Shown here: positions 1 through 13,230 of the stretch, one piece after another
Position numbering within the stretch: position 1 is the stretch's first letter
Layout of the letters: each line of letters opens with the position of its first letter
NCBI GenBank assembly: GCA_973895155.1
Contig: OZ316898.1
Location: 10,010,286-10,074,285 of the forward strand
Length of the DNA stretch: 64,000 nt
Direction: 5' to 3'
Source: Marsupella aquatica
Taxonomy: Eukaryota; Plantae; Marchantiophyta
Translations under genes and position numbers: made by a program
The notes under the pieces: model-generated
What the model was told of the DNA's origin: nothing
What the model saw: only the letters and a program-made list of their open reading frames with translations
Databases searched by the model: none

Positions 1-270
1 ATTTACTCTTTGCCATCCTTTTCGGGGGAAATAATTACCTTACCTTGCTTTTTAGATTATTTACTAAAATGCCACATTTTTCTAGCAAACCATTAACATA
101 ACCATCTAAAAACCTCGGCAACCACAAATGTCCAAAAGAAAGTGGCAAAGTAGTAAATCTCACTTACATGGAGGCAACAAGAACCTCCAGAAAAGATTAC
201 ACACCTATAAGAGGAACTTTTACACAATGGTAACTTGTATTCCGTGTTGCATTTTTGAAAAACACTAGCC

Positions 271-480
271 CGATTACCCGTTCCTTGAACATAAACAAAT
301 ATGAAGAAAAAAATCCTTGCACAATAATATTTCTATGCTATTTAGTTAATCCTCATTTTAAATATTTTTTAATTGAGATTTATGATCATTTTTGCCTGTA
401 CTCGGGTTATTGTCTAGAAGTTTCACTCTAGACCCTAGGCCCTTAAGAGTAGATTTAGTTTACACTTTAATAATAAGATG
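271..480 (+). repeat. Short dispersed repeat family, copy 1
   Basis: ttccttgaa..taaacaaat.atgaag...cttgcacaataa...ttcactctaga.cctaggcccttaagagtaga is shared with 55131-55398 and, more weakly, with 24945-25170. Confidence 0.7.
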
Positions 481-986
481 GTTACACACCTACAACGTGT
501 ATTGTTACGCACCGGTACCTTTTATTAAGTGTGGCATTTACGAAAAAACACTCGTTAGTGCGGTGTAGGTTCCATCCGTCAGTCAACCTTACGTATGAAC
601 TTTACGTCGTCCTTCCTTCCGTCCGTCCGTCTGTCTTGTCCTTCCGTCCGTCCGTCGGGCCTTCGGTGCGCCTATCTTTGTGTGTACTGGAGGCTGGTAA
701 GCTCGTCGGTCACCTTCTGTGTTCAACGCAGAGGAGGTCTCTTCCGGTTTCAGGAGGAAAAGTTTTATGGTGGTGGCACCATCACCGAAGAATTCCGGAC
801 GTAGGCTAGCGCAGAGTAGAACTTCCGCCAATGCCGCGATTAAGGCGACAGAGTAGATCTTCCATCGAGCATTTCGATCGAGAGAGCGAGAGGCAGGGCG
901 GAGAGTTTCCTAAAATACTGGCGAGCGACTCAGGAGGAGGAGGCGGGGAGGTTTGATTATTGCCTGCCATTAGGGGAGGAGGCGCG

Positions 987-3900
987 ATGATGATGCAGGA
1001 TGCAGGAATCGAAGCAAAGGAGGCAGCTGTGCGAGAGGTTGCCAAGCTGCTGCCTCTCCCAGATTCGCTGGCATCCATCAATGCCATCCGCACGGACTAC
1101 GCCTCGCGTCAACAGGTACTTTACTGAAGTCTTTCCTCGTGTGAATTGCATATGATCAATTGGGCTCCGGGACGGGAAGGTGGCGATTTGGAACTATGCT
1201 TTCGGCAATGGTTGTCTTTGTGAATTACTGCATCGTGAAAGTGCGATATTGGAGCCTGGCATATAATGTGACTACGAAGAGATCGTAATCGTAATCGATC
1301 CACTGTGCAGGCTAACGATGCACAGCTCAGTACTAGCGTCATGACTCAGGTATTCTCCTGCTCCATTCCATAGGGACCCCGCACTCTGAGATACGTTGTG
1401 GGTGAATTTCGAGATGCATACAGTCAGTTTCTTCGAAGACTGTGTGGAAGAAGCGTCTCTTTCATATCCTTGATGAAGTTCTGTGATCTGTCAAATACAA
1501 TGCAATTGTTATGTCTGACATCTCTGTTGAAAGGTGGAGCATGCGAGGGCCGGCATCGATGTTCTGTTCGCAGCACAAGCAACGATTGCAAATTTGCGGT
1601 CCAATTTTGTCCTCATTGATAAGTGAGTTGATACCTGGCCCTCAACGGTGAATTTTCTACGGTCCTTCATGGGAGCTATGTGTTGCTTAGTAAGGTTAAT
1701 GATGCCAGTGGTCTTCTTTTAAATTTGGGACATGTATCTCATTATAAGAATTACCAAGCCTGATGGTTTGCTTTTACCAATTTACATCTCAACGTCATTG
1801 CGTGTTTTCAGACTGTGTGAAGAATGTCAGACCTTAATAGAGCATCACGATCAAATCAAGCTGTTAAGCAATGCTCGCAACAATTTGAATATGACATTAA
1901 AGGTAAATTCAGGATGGCTTTCTACTTCTGTGTGCATTAATTGATCACTTTGGGGGGTCTTTTGGCTATGGATACTCCTTGCATAGCACAATTCAAACTC
2001 TTCGGCAGCCCTGATGTCAACTCTATATGCGTTTATCAATAAACAGAGGAAGGTTTGGTCATAAGTATCTGATGCACAAACTCGACCATATGCCTTGTAT
2101 TAGATAGGACGCTAGAACTCTGGAAAGAGCCCCTACAAAACGAAAATGTAATTTGTAGCTATCTTATATTCAGGTGGAATTTCGCTCATCCCTGAACTGC
2201 ATTAAGTGGCAATAGATCAACCTAGGTTTGAGAAAACCTGCAAAATGTTGACTTTGGACATAACTATCTTATTCATTTGTGGTCACTGGTGTCTACTCGT
2301 TTTTCAGGACGTTGATGGGATGATGTCCATTTCAACAGAAGCTGCAGAAGCAAGAGCTTCCCTCAAGGACGATAGAGAATTGGTTCGAACCTTTGAGGTA
2401 GACTCTCTGGCGGAAATGAAGTCAATTCCGTTTATAAGCTTACTTCTGTGCTCACAGCTGAATCTTAAGTCTCGTCTTGACCACCCTAACAGCAATACCT
2501 TCTCTGACTTCTTTCGAATGGCTGCCATTCTGAAGGACTTATACCCATGTTAATCTAAAATAGTTGATTTGTTGGGTGCAAACTTGTAGAGATTAACAGC
2601 TCTTGAAGGGAAAAGGAGATTTGCGCTGGCTACAGTCTCCACCCGCAAAGAAGAGGCAAGCAAATTGACGTACGTGATGTTCCTAAATCTCTCGCTAGAA
2701 AGTCATGGAACTGAGGCTTGGCATTTTCATTATGGATCTTTGGAGGGCTTTGTAATGAAAACCCATTTCGTGCTGTTGAATCTTTTGGCTGCACGTTGGA
2801 TATTTTGACGATGGGAGCTGACAGCAAAGCTCCTTCCAAAACTTCACTCTTAGGAAAGTCCCTTGCGTTAGTGAGATATAGAAATACGACATGTCCCTGA
2901 GCAAATTTTGCAGATGACAGGTTTGGTGCTTGTTAGAAAACATATTTGTTGGGAACAACCTTCCGTGACCCTTTGACAGGGAAACAACAAGTATTTCGTA
3001 GGCATGACCGTGCTTGTACTCGGAGACTCTTATGCAAAGGAGTAGATTGGGTGTACGATTGTCAAAGACGTTTCGTTGATATTATCCACTCTTGCTGACT
3101 TGCAGGGAGTACTTTGAGGATGTGAATAACACCAGGGCAAATTTTGAACAGACACTGTGGGGGCATATCAGTAATTTCTTCAAGCTTGCTAAGGACAGGT
3201 GGGAGTTTGTTTTTTGTATGTAGATGACACAGTTGTCCTTCAGACTAAGTTAGACAAGATAGTGATCAATGGAATAAAGGAAGCAAAGCTTTTTTAGATG
3301 TTGCATTAGAATATTCCAGCAAATAACAGTCCAATGTAAACACCTTGTGGTGTAAAAATTGGAATCTTTACACGTTATCCTCAAGCTTGATCTGATGACT
3401 GCATTGTTGGTTGCTTGTGCTGTGCAGTCCACAGACTCTTGTGCGTGCCCTTAGGTATGCACGTCCATTATTTCATTTTATTGTGTCGTCAATACGGAGA
3501 GGGTTAGCTTTGGTATTATGTGACTTCCCGTGGGCTTTGAGAATAGAAGCAAGAGCTTTGCTGACTTCAACAAATTTGCTGGACCTTGGCAGCTCTGTTA
3601 CCTGTCAAACACTACGAAATCTCAATTATGTTAACTTTCGATTTATGTCAATAGAGTCCGCCATATGGAGCAATGATCTGGGTTGTGTGTTGCAGGGTAA
3701 TTGAAATGCAGGAAATCTTAGATCAGCAGCAGGCCGAAGAAGATGCAGAAGCGAAAGGGATAGGGACAATGGCTACTTTGCCGACTGCAAGAGGGAGCCG
3801 AAAGTAAGTATCTCTTGAATCAACATGAGTATATCCTAATCCTTATCTCAAGAGTTGTATCTCTTGAATCAACATGCGAATATCCTAATTCTTATCTCAA

Positions 3901-6900
3901 GAGTTGAAATCCTTACTTTTGGGCAAATATGGTTTGTAATGCCGACCGACAGAATGTTTAGGTCCCGTGCACAAAAACTAATCTCCTAATCATTTGTTGT
4001 GATCGTGTTTTCCTTGAGACCTGTTGTCACCGACGTTCGTGAACTGCTCTCAAGGAAGAAAGTTGCACTGCTGAGTTCATCATGTTTATTTTGATTAGGT
4101 CGTCCCTACTGGAGCAAAGTAAAGCCGTGCCTCGCCCATCAGGAGAGCTGCCGACACAGAGTGCCACTCCGAGTGGAAGGGGATACAAAGACCGCTGTTA
4201 TGAAGAGATTCGCAAGGCTGTTGAAGCAAGATTTGATAACCTTATTTCTAATGTGAGCGTCTACGGGAGCTATTTGTGGCAGCATGCGGCTAGAAGTTTG
4301 GCAGTGCTGGTTGTGGCTATAATTTTGTTCTAACAGTTGACTTGGTGAAAACTGTTCGGAGCTTTTCTCATGAATTACCATTCTCTTACTGTTTTGAACT
4401 GTATGAGCTATTCACGGTCCCAAGTTTGGTTGGCCTATTTATAATACTTTTATCTTCTTTGGGTGAATGCTGATTACAGTTGGTCATGGAGGAAGACTTG
4501 AAGGCGGCGTTAGAAGAAGCCAATTTGGTAAGAATTATCGTTCATCTAGACTTTGCACCTCGTATCCGAGAAAGGTAAATTTTGTTTTTGCTCTTAAGGA
4601 CTTACGGAACTGAAAGTGTTTATAGCAATGATATGTCAGTCGTAAACGATTCCAACGACCGTGGTATGGAAGAGCTGATTGCAGTCATTGAACTTGAATT
4701 TTGGGTCTTGAGAGCATGTGGTACATTTCTTTCACTGTTGTAGATCTCGTTGGAGCTGCCAGACATCTATGACCATGTTGCACCTTGTTTCCCACCTCGG
4801 TAAGTTCCTTATCTAGCCTTTTTGATCCTCTTGTACACTTTGCGTCACGGTACTTGTTTGTGTTGATTCTAGCTAGACAATGGAAAGATAACATCGCGTT
4901 TTGTGGCAGGTACGATGTCTTTCAGCTGTTGGTGCAACTGTACACAGAGCGTTTTGTTCAGATGCTTAGGAAGCTGGGGGATAGAGCAAACAACTTAACT
5001 AATATTGAGATTCTGAAGGTCTGTTGACCGCGTTGCAACCAGATGACTTTTCTGAACACATTATGTTGTACTCAACCGATTCTTGACCTTCTCTAGCGTT
5101 TGTAGTTGTTTTTCTCACTTCTTGATTAATGTTGCAGTGAGCGTTCACTCATGCTCAGGAATATCTGGCGGTTTTGGGTTTTCATGTACTTTGAACTGAT
5201 AGCCGTGAATGTGTTCTTTGATGATCTACATGTGTTCAGGTTACAGGGTGGGTAGTGCAGTATCAGGAGCAGCTGGTGCAATTGGGAGTTGATGAAGCTA
5301 TCGCTACGGTTTGTGCTGAAAGTGGAGCTATGGACCCGCTGATGAACGCTTATGTTGATCGCATGCAAGTAACAATGCAAGTAAGACTGTTGGTGGATAT
5401 TGTGAAGGACGTTCATCATGATTCCCGATTTATTTTATTGCTTGTAATAACTTAATGTTTTCAAAGTGTTTCAATGTGCGAATTTTTGGTCCTGGCTGAA
5501 GGACAAATCTCACCTGGCAAGGCTGCTTTTTTAGCTGTAAAGTTCTGATGAATTTGGGGGTCACTTATCTCCGTTTGGGACGCTGATTGGTGTCGTTCCT
5601 TTTTGACTTCGGTGGCAGAAATGGTATACAAATATATTGGATGCAGATCGGAAAAATCCTCCCAAGAAAACAGAAGATGGAAAGCTTTGGACACCAGCAG
5701 CCGTTGACCTGTTTCGAATCTTAACTGAGCAAGTGCAAGTTGTGCAAGAAAATAGCACCGATGTGATGCTCTACCGAATCGCACTTGCTGTAATTCAGGT
5801 ACCGTACTTTGTGACTGCTTGTTTAATATTCTTACTTCAAAACGCTCTGGATGCCTTCCTGAGTTGGTCATGTATATGTTTTTGGCTGAGGAGTGCTGTT
5901 GCTGGGTTCATAGTATTTGTTACTTGCCTATTATTCGTTACAAGTTGCAGAGATGGCTCTTTAATCTCATAAAGTGATGAAGGATTGAAATATTGTTACT
6001 CAGCTGAAACTGACAAAAAGCTTGACCTAAACTGCATCACAGGTCATGGGAGACTTTCAAGTGGCTCAACGGCAAAGACTGGAAGAACCAGTCGCAGAGA
6101 TTGGTCTTGAGCCCTTATGTGCAATTGTAAGGATTCATCTTCTTCACATCTCTGGGACCATGAACTAAACATTTGTATTGATCAGTGTCTTTGTACAGGA
6201 CACACCTGCGTCAATATATTAAGAATATATGTACCATATGCCTTGATAAACTTGATTTTTATATCATGTAAATTTACGGCACTAATATTCACTGATATTA
6301 GTGCTGGCCACCACGTACCAATGTGCTATACTTTCCATGAATTCATTCTGTCGGCTATCATGGCTTGTCGTTTTGTTTCGACGTCTATGTTCTTGCGGAT
6401 CCTGACGATAATGAGGGAGCAATTCAGTCTGTGACTAGTCCAAATTTTGTTTGGTGTTATTGCTGACCCATTATCCTATCGCAGTGGTTCTCTGTGTGTC
6501 TTCGTTTGTTACGTCCATTGAACTTGAACAACTATTTGCTAATGTGACTCAAACTTGCAAGTGCAGGTAAATAATAATGTAAGGTGTTACGACCTTGCGC
6601 TAGATCTGAGTAATAATGTAATGGAAGCTTTGACACCGTATTATGCTGAGCAGGTACAAGTATTTGGTTTTTTGGACAATATTAGATTTTCTCCAAAAGC
6701 GAAATATTCTTGGAGACACATAAGCAGGCTGATACTTCTGTTTATTATATGTTGTTATTTATTGTCTTTCCTCGAGGGCGTACTATATTTTGCGCAAAGA
6801 AATTCCTGTCTTACGGTGGTTTTATGTGGGTAACTCATGTCAGGTCAACTTTGAAGACACCTGCAAAGGTTTCCTTGAGATTGCCAAGGTAGGAAACTTC

Positions 6901-9794
6901 CCTATTTAAAGGTTATTGTTTGTTTTTATGATTTCTGCTCACCCATCTTCTGCTCTGGTTGTCGTTTGGTAGTTGGAGTATATCATTTGTCATGTTATTG
7001 CGAGTGCGTATTTGAAAACGCTAGTTCTTTACCGTCGTCATATCTTTATGCTGTCATCTTACTTACGGAGCTGTGTTTGATTGTAGCTTTTTGTGGCTTG
7101 CACAGTCGTGTAGGACCAGGGTTTGAGCAAGTATTCTATCTGTTGTTGACAGTAATCTAGCTCCGCAACGATCATGCGAAGATACTAGACCATTGCCGCG
7201 AGCGATCTTGTTGAATTGTGGACTCTTGTTATTGCATGATGACAGGAAGGAGTACAGCAAACTGTGAGGGTGATATTTGAAGACCCGGGAGTAAGGGAGT
7301 TGATAGCCAAGCTTTACCTTAAAGGTGAGTGGGGACAATTTGGTGGATGTTCATGAAAGCCAATCGATTGTTTGGCATTCTAAAGAGGATGAGATCGGAC
7401 CAGCACAGCTTCTGTACGGGGTAGTGTTGAGAACACCAGAGTAATAATCAAAAAGTCGCGAAACTTCAGAGGCAGTCCTCCATAATTGTTGTTGGTGCAC
7501 TGCCTACTGGCATCTTTAAGGAAACACCGAGTAATCTGTTTATAAACGTTGTATCTTTAGTTGGTTTCTTTTTCAGAATGACCGTGTGAAAATGCTGGAT
7601 TTTTTCTGGAACAGAGTGGTACGAAGGGTCAATAACGGAATCCTTGGTAGTCACATTTGAGGATTATTATTCAGACATAAGAATGTGAGTTTGGTTTCTC
7701 ATTCTGGATGTCGTCCGTCTGGAACAGATTGGTTTGAAGGGCTAGTTACCGAGTACTTGGTAGCTACTTTTGGGGATTATTTTGGAGATGTAAAGCTGTG
7801 AGTACGGTCTCCCCTCAAGCGCACGCTGCTTTCCGTCCTGCCACTTTCTTTCCATCCCATGTTGCCGCATTGTCACTTTCTTTTACCAGGCGCTACTGTG
7901 TATTCCCTTTCATTGGCGGCTTTTTGGCCCTAAAAGCACTCTGTTGTAGGGATTGTCTGTTTGCGCGTTGCTCATATACAAATATTTTTCCGAAAATGGG
8001 ATACACGTGATGTATCATGGTCCCTTCGTCTTCAAGTGCATGGTCTTCTGAACATGGTATTCAATATAGATGTTCTTGGAGAAATCGTTTGTTCACAGTA
8101 AGGCCGTTTGGTATTCTTATTTTCTTTCAAGGCCCTCATAGTTTACCCCCGACATATGTTACAGCTATATCGAGGATAGATCATTTCGACGATTTGCTGA
8201 GGCGTGTCTAGAAGAAACAGTAGTTGTTTACGTGGACCATCTTCTTACCCAGGTTGCCCAATTGACCACGCCATACTAAGGACTCAGGCTATATTCATTC
8301 TACAACTTCCTTTCGTTTTGCTGAAAGTGGCAAGTTTTGAGTATTCGTTCTGTGTCGTTGTGCTTATTCAGTTCCCAATTTCATGTTCGTCCTGTTGAGC
8401 AGAATGTTTTGGTGATGTGGATGCTTGGATGTGCGTATTGCCATTATATGCAAATGATTCTAATACCTGCTAGTGTTCTATTAGTTTCCTTAGCCGCTGT
8501 TGTTGTCGGTGATCTCATACAATTCTGCTGATTTTTTGCTTCGAAACCTTGAATGACGAGCAGAGAAACTTCATCAAGGAGGAGACTCTGGACAGGCTCA
8601 AGGTAGATGAAGAAGTTGTGAACGAATTTTTCAAGGAAATCATGAATCCTGCGGTAAGCTTGTCGATTAGATGGACCTACTTTGATAATATTTCTGTTCT
8701 GTCGGTGTAGTACAACTTGGACCCCGCACACAGAGCCTCCACATTTTTTGCTGCAGTCTGTATTAGTTGTCAGCGACTGCATATGTAATACTGAGGATTT
8801 GTCCAAAGGCAATCCTGAGTTTCCAGTGTGGAGTAGTAGACCGAGTACAAGGCTCTGATCTTATTGACAGCAGCAATCCAGTGTGATAGACACCGCTGTA
8901 ACGCAAGTTGCTGATAGTGATTTATTACTTTGCTATATATTCTGTGGCGGTGATCAGAAAGTGGAAAAAAGACTTCAGCCTTTGGCAGAGTTACGGGAGC
9001 TTGCGTCGTCGGAGAGTGTCGATGCCTTCACTTTGGCATATACAAATCTACTGCAAAATCACCCTGATTGTCCTGTACGTAGACCTCTTTCATTCGGGCA
9101 TTTGAAATACATATGCTATTTTACTAGAAAGACTAATCCAAAGCAATGCATTACTAGCAAGGAAGCGTCTTTGTGCAATGTCTGAGCAGTAGAACATTCC
9201 AAAATGGAGGAAAGGAAGAAAGTGAGCTATTCTTAGAGTCGTGTGACAGGTTTTGTTGAAAGTATCGAATTAAGCATGGGAACAAATTTCGCTAATACTG
9301 CTACTGTTTTGGTGTCTCATCAGCCGGAAGTTGTTGAGAAACTAGTGGCATTACGGGAAGGTATCCCAAGAAAAGATGCCCGGGAGGTATGGAACATACG
9401 ATCCTTGGAAGGGACATTTACCCGTGTCAGTTGCATATTTTTACTGGAAAGTGTCTGCGGACGTCGTTATCATTGATTGGGAGGACTAATTGCAAGATTG
9501 ATTTGATTGATTTATGCCACCGGCCTTCTTTACAGTTGTTGACTGAACGGCGTTTATTGTAGAACTGAAGATTGGATGCAGGGCATGTTAATCAAGAAAG
9601 AATCATATGCAATAATTAAATATACGTTCAGCGGAGTTTTTTGTGCACTCTGAACAAGTGGAATTTGCTTGCAGGTGGTACTGGAATGCAAAGAGGTTTA
9701 CAGAAACAGTTTTGCAAATGGAGAGCTTCCAAAGCCAGGATTGGTTTTTAGCAGACTTACATGCCTTCCAAAAACTGTACTCCGAAAAAAGTAA
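987..9794 (+). CDS. SEC6: Exocyst complex component SEC6 (EXOC3), 25 coding exons per isoform
   Basis: Manual GT-AG splicing gives [25 protein letters not shown]...ANDAQLST...[26 protein letters not shown]...[20 protein letters not shown]...[22 protein letters not shown]...[12 protein letters not shown]...[12 protein letters not shown]...LRKK*, matching plant SEC6 as I recall it. Approximate exons: 987-1115, 1311-1349, 1534-1622, 1812-1902, 2308-2397, 2590-2669, 3106-3198, 3428-3454, 3696-3803, 4099-4252, 4480-4527, 4744-4799, 4910-5018, 5240-5380, 5619-5798, 6043-6126, 6567-6653, 6844-6888, 7246-7324, (7615-7684 or 7728-7797), 8165-8252, 8564-8653, 8958-9074, 9324-9387, 9675-9794. Confidence 0.96.
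3808..3906. repeat. Tandem duplication of about 49 bp in a SEC6 intron
   Basis: gtatctcttgaatcaacatg.g.atatcctaat.cttatctcaagagtt occurs twice. Confidence 0.85.
7615..7684 (+). CDS. SEC6: SEC6 alternative exon 20a (candidate mutually exclusive exon)
   Basis: 70 nt with acceptor tctggaacag and donor gtgagt. Encodes [24 protein letters not shown], in phase with exons 19 and 21. Confidence 0.8.
7728..7797 (+). CDS. SEC6: SEC6 alternative exon 20b (candidate mutually exclusive exon, closer to plant consensus)
   Basis: 70 nt with acceptor tctggaacag and donor gtgagt. Encodes [24 protein letters not shown]. Confidence 0.9.
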
Positions 9795-10473
9795 TGGAAA
9801 GAGAAAGCACATTGCTTTAGCCTTCAACTGTACTTTACCTTCTAGTGATTTTGCACCATTGTTTGATTCGAAAGTAAATAAATGATTTTCTCTCATCAGT
9901 AATGTGTATGTTCTTTTGTGCTGAGCAGTCTTCACTCCATGTGTTCTTAGAGGTGTAGACTTTCAGTTCAAGTATGTTGGAAATGTGGTGTGGTGATGGT
10001 GGCGTTCTCTTTAAACTGTTTTCAGACAGGGTTATTGTGAATTTTATTGGGTTGCTTTTTGGATGTTTTGGATTTATTTGTCTGTTCGTTTCCCTTCTTA
10101 GTTTTCGTTGGATTGCAAAAATGCTTTTAGTTCCGTAAAATTTGCTTTTTGAAAATGTACTTGACCCTACCCTGTTACTCTCTAGGCCTCAGATGTGCTT
10201 TTAGTGGAACCAGATATTCACGTTCTTTAAGCTGGTTCATATGTGCTGATTTATAGCTGATTTAAACCTTGTGCCAGCCAGACTGCAAAAGCCAGTTGGT
10301 CTGAGTTTGATCCTCATGCAAGTATTGAAGTACAGCAGAGCATGGAAGCAACAGTAAAAGTCGTACACGCCAAGGAGATAAGCAAGGACGTGTTACAGTT
10401 GACAGGCAAAGACTTGTTATTGACAGATACTGACGAAGTGGATCCTTGAAGTTTACTTGGACTACGGAAGAAA

Positions 10474-10592
10474 TTGTAGTTTGTTGCAGACTTCCAAGTT
10501 GGTGACTTGTGCAAATTTGATGTATGAATTGAACTTGTAGTTTGTTGCAGACTTCCAAGTTGGTGACTTGTGCAGATTTGATGTATGAATTG
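10474..10592. repeat. Tandem duplication of about 61 bp
   Basis: ttgtagtttgttgcagacttccaagttggtgacttgtgca.atttgatgtatgaattg occurs twice. Confidence 0.85.
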
Positions 10593-13059
10593 CACCGAGG
10601 TTGGAGAAGAATCTGGCCTTAACTTGTATGTCTCATTGAAGATAAGATATAGTCCAGACATATGAAAGCTACAATACGTGTTGACATTTTATCCAACAGA
10701 GGAGAATGAATAGTTAGGGCACACTTTGGTGGGAAGTTTATTCTCTTCCATTCCACGAAATCTAATCAACTTAGGAGAAGTACAGCACTGATTCAGACTA
10801 CAATTCAAAAAGCACACTACACAATTCGAGATTTTCGAGCATATTCGAGGGTTTGATGTAACTATTGTCACTTCAGCTAACACACAAGATGAGACTGTAA
10901 TTTTGTGGAGTGGCTTTTTGCAAAAAGAGGTTTAGTCATATGTCAAATAAAATTATGCGGGATCACAAACGTAGATTGCTTGTGGCTAAATATGAATTGA
11001 AACGAATGTATTACAAAGCCATTTGTCAAGATAGAAATCACTAACAAGTAGCCAAGTTGAGACTTGACTGAAATGCCACATTCCTAATGGATAATCTGGT
11101 CTTGTATGGGCAACTTTCAATGACTGAAGTCTTCCTATTTGAACTTCATTTAGTGCACAAGATCTCCCATGACCCCCTCCCTCTACCCACTCTCTGGATG
11201 CCGAGTGGACATATCTTAGTATACCCTGTGGTACAATAGTAAAATGGAGTCGCGTCGTGGTACAGTTGTGAAATGGAGTTGTGTTTTGGAAGAAAATTTA
11301 TTTATTTATTTTATTTTATTTTATTTTAAAGGGGAAATCTGTGAAACCCCACTAAAAGGGAAGAGTCGGTCACAATAGTTGAACCCAAGACCTATCAGTC
11401 TTTACTCAAGCGAGCTACCACAAAGTAGTGTCTCTCAAAGAGATATTAGATGGCCATTTTTCCACTCCCATGCCTTGTCCCCCCGCAGAAAAATGAAAAT
11501 GTCAGAGGCATGACAGAATGTGCTGTGGATTTTATGGACATTCATTGTTGAGCATTGATGTCTGACCCATGCACGAGACAAATATTAAACTAAGTCTAAG
11601 GACTTGCCTATATAAAAATCTCCTATTTGTCTTCAAAAATCTCATATTAATTGAACTCATGGCCCTCAGGTAAAAGAGAGAAATATTTGAAAACATCAAA
11701 ATTAAGTTTTCAGCTTTTCTCTGGTGGAAACCAGATGAGCCTAAACAAGGTTACAATGAGAATTATAAGTGCTCTTCCTCCTTCATTTTCCTTAATTTAG
11801 CTAAGGTCCTTCTCTATATTCCCTTTAAAAAGAAAAAATGAATCTAGAACACCAGGGATTGATGTGAATTTCATAGACACTAGAATTCATGTTTGAGAAA
11901 GGTCGCCACTTTTGATCTATGTATGTATAAAGTCACAATAGGAATTTATGCTAATTTTGTGAAATGTGGTCCATGAGATCTTTATTAAAGAATATCCAAA
12001 CACTGAAAATCATGCTTGGGACAGATGACCACTTTCTAATCTGTGTATTTATAAAGTGCTGTTTACAGGGCATTGTGTGTCATCATGCACCCCAGAAAGA
12101 GAGCTTGGTCTTTGGGTAGCGAGGGCTATTCTTGCTCATAATGCTTTGGTAACAGGACCTTAATGCACTTCAAGGCCTAAGAGATTTTTTTGGTACTATT
12201 TTTTGAAAAAAAGTTTGACAAGAAGTATAATAAAAAGCCCATCCAAATCTTGAGTGTGCTTTTTGAATGCACAGAAAATTAGGAAGAAAAAAAGGCATGG
12301 AGGGCATTAAGGACTCTGATTGGCCCTGCATTGTTTACACATGAAAATATAATCATTCATAGAAGGGAAACTCTTAATGTCCAAGTAAACAGCAACAGTA
12401 TTCAACACACAAAGTTGCACAACACCAAGGCCAGTCCACTTGAGCATGCAAAAACGAAGAGCTCATCTGAACCTTGAGCCAAACCCTTCATGAGCACCTG
12501 TAGCTGAGGCTGAAAAACCAAGTAGCCCACAGCCAAAGTCAAGACACAGCGAGCGCACAGCTGAAACCAGAAAACTGAGGGACACACACATTGCTCATTG
12601 TTAAAACGGCAGCTTAAAATTCTAACTCATAATAAATCACACTGCAAAAGAACAAGAGGTGCCCAAACATGCGACAGGGTCCCATGGGCTAAAGGCCCAA
12701 TCAAGGGGAGGCCAGCAAAAAACCAGCAAAGAAAAAAGGCCATCGAACCCTATCTACCAGCAAACTGCAGAGTTTATTCCATACTCAGACCGATTAACAC
12801 TGCCAAGCCAAAACCTGGACAGATGAAGCAGTGGGCTCACCCAATAGAAGCGATTTAACTTTTTGAGTGGCAACAGCTCAGTCTTTGGGTAGGACCCAAA
12901 AGAGCCTTGTGATCAGAGGAAGGGTTGTTGTGCATGTGTAAGGTCCTAAAAAAAAGTGTTGTCTCAATCGGCACACATCAGAAGAGGCAGGATGACATGT
13001 GTACAGATTATTTTGTTTTATGTGGGATTCAAAGGTCAGGACTGGAAGGACACAAATGG

Positions 13060-13230
13060 TGTGGCCCTTGCCCTTGAAACTCCTGAAGTTTTGCCTGTGA
13101 GGACTGGCTGAGGAGATGGGTGAGGCCCGGGTGAGGCACAAAACTCTCTTCATTGCACTAAAAACTTGCCAGGACTTCACTTTAGGGGCCAATTTGTTGG
13201 AGACCACCACATGCAAGACCGCCCTTAACT
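13060..13230 (-). repeat. Dispersed copy of the body of the 55.9-56.3 kb element
   Basis: gcccttgcccttgaaactcctgaagtt..gtgaggactggctg...ggtgaggc and ggagaccaccac.tgcaagac.gccct are shared with 55901-56048. Confidence 0.75.

Noticed and set aside
5150-5190. Intronic QEYLAVLG similarity to the next SEC6 exon (possible second duplicated exon)
   Set aside because: Too short, with no matching splice sites or length. Probably chance.
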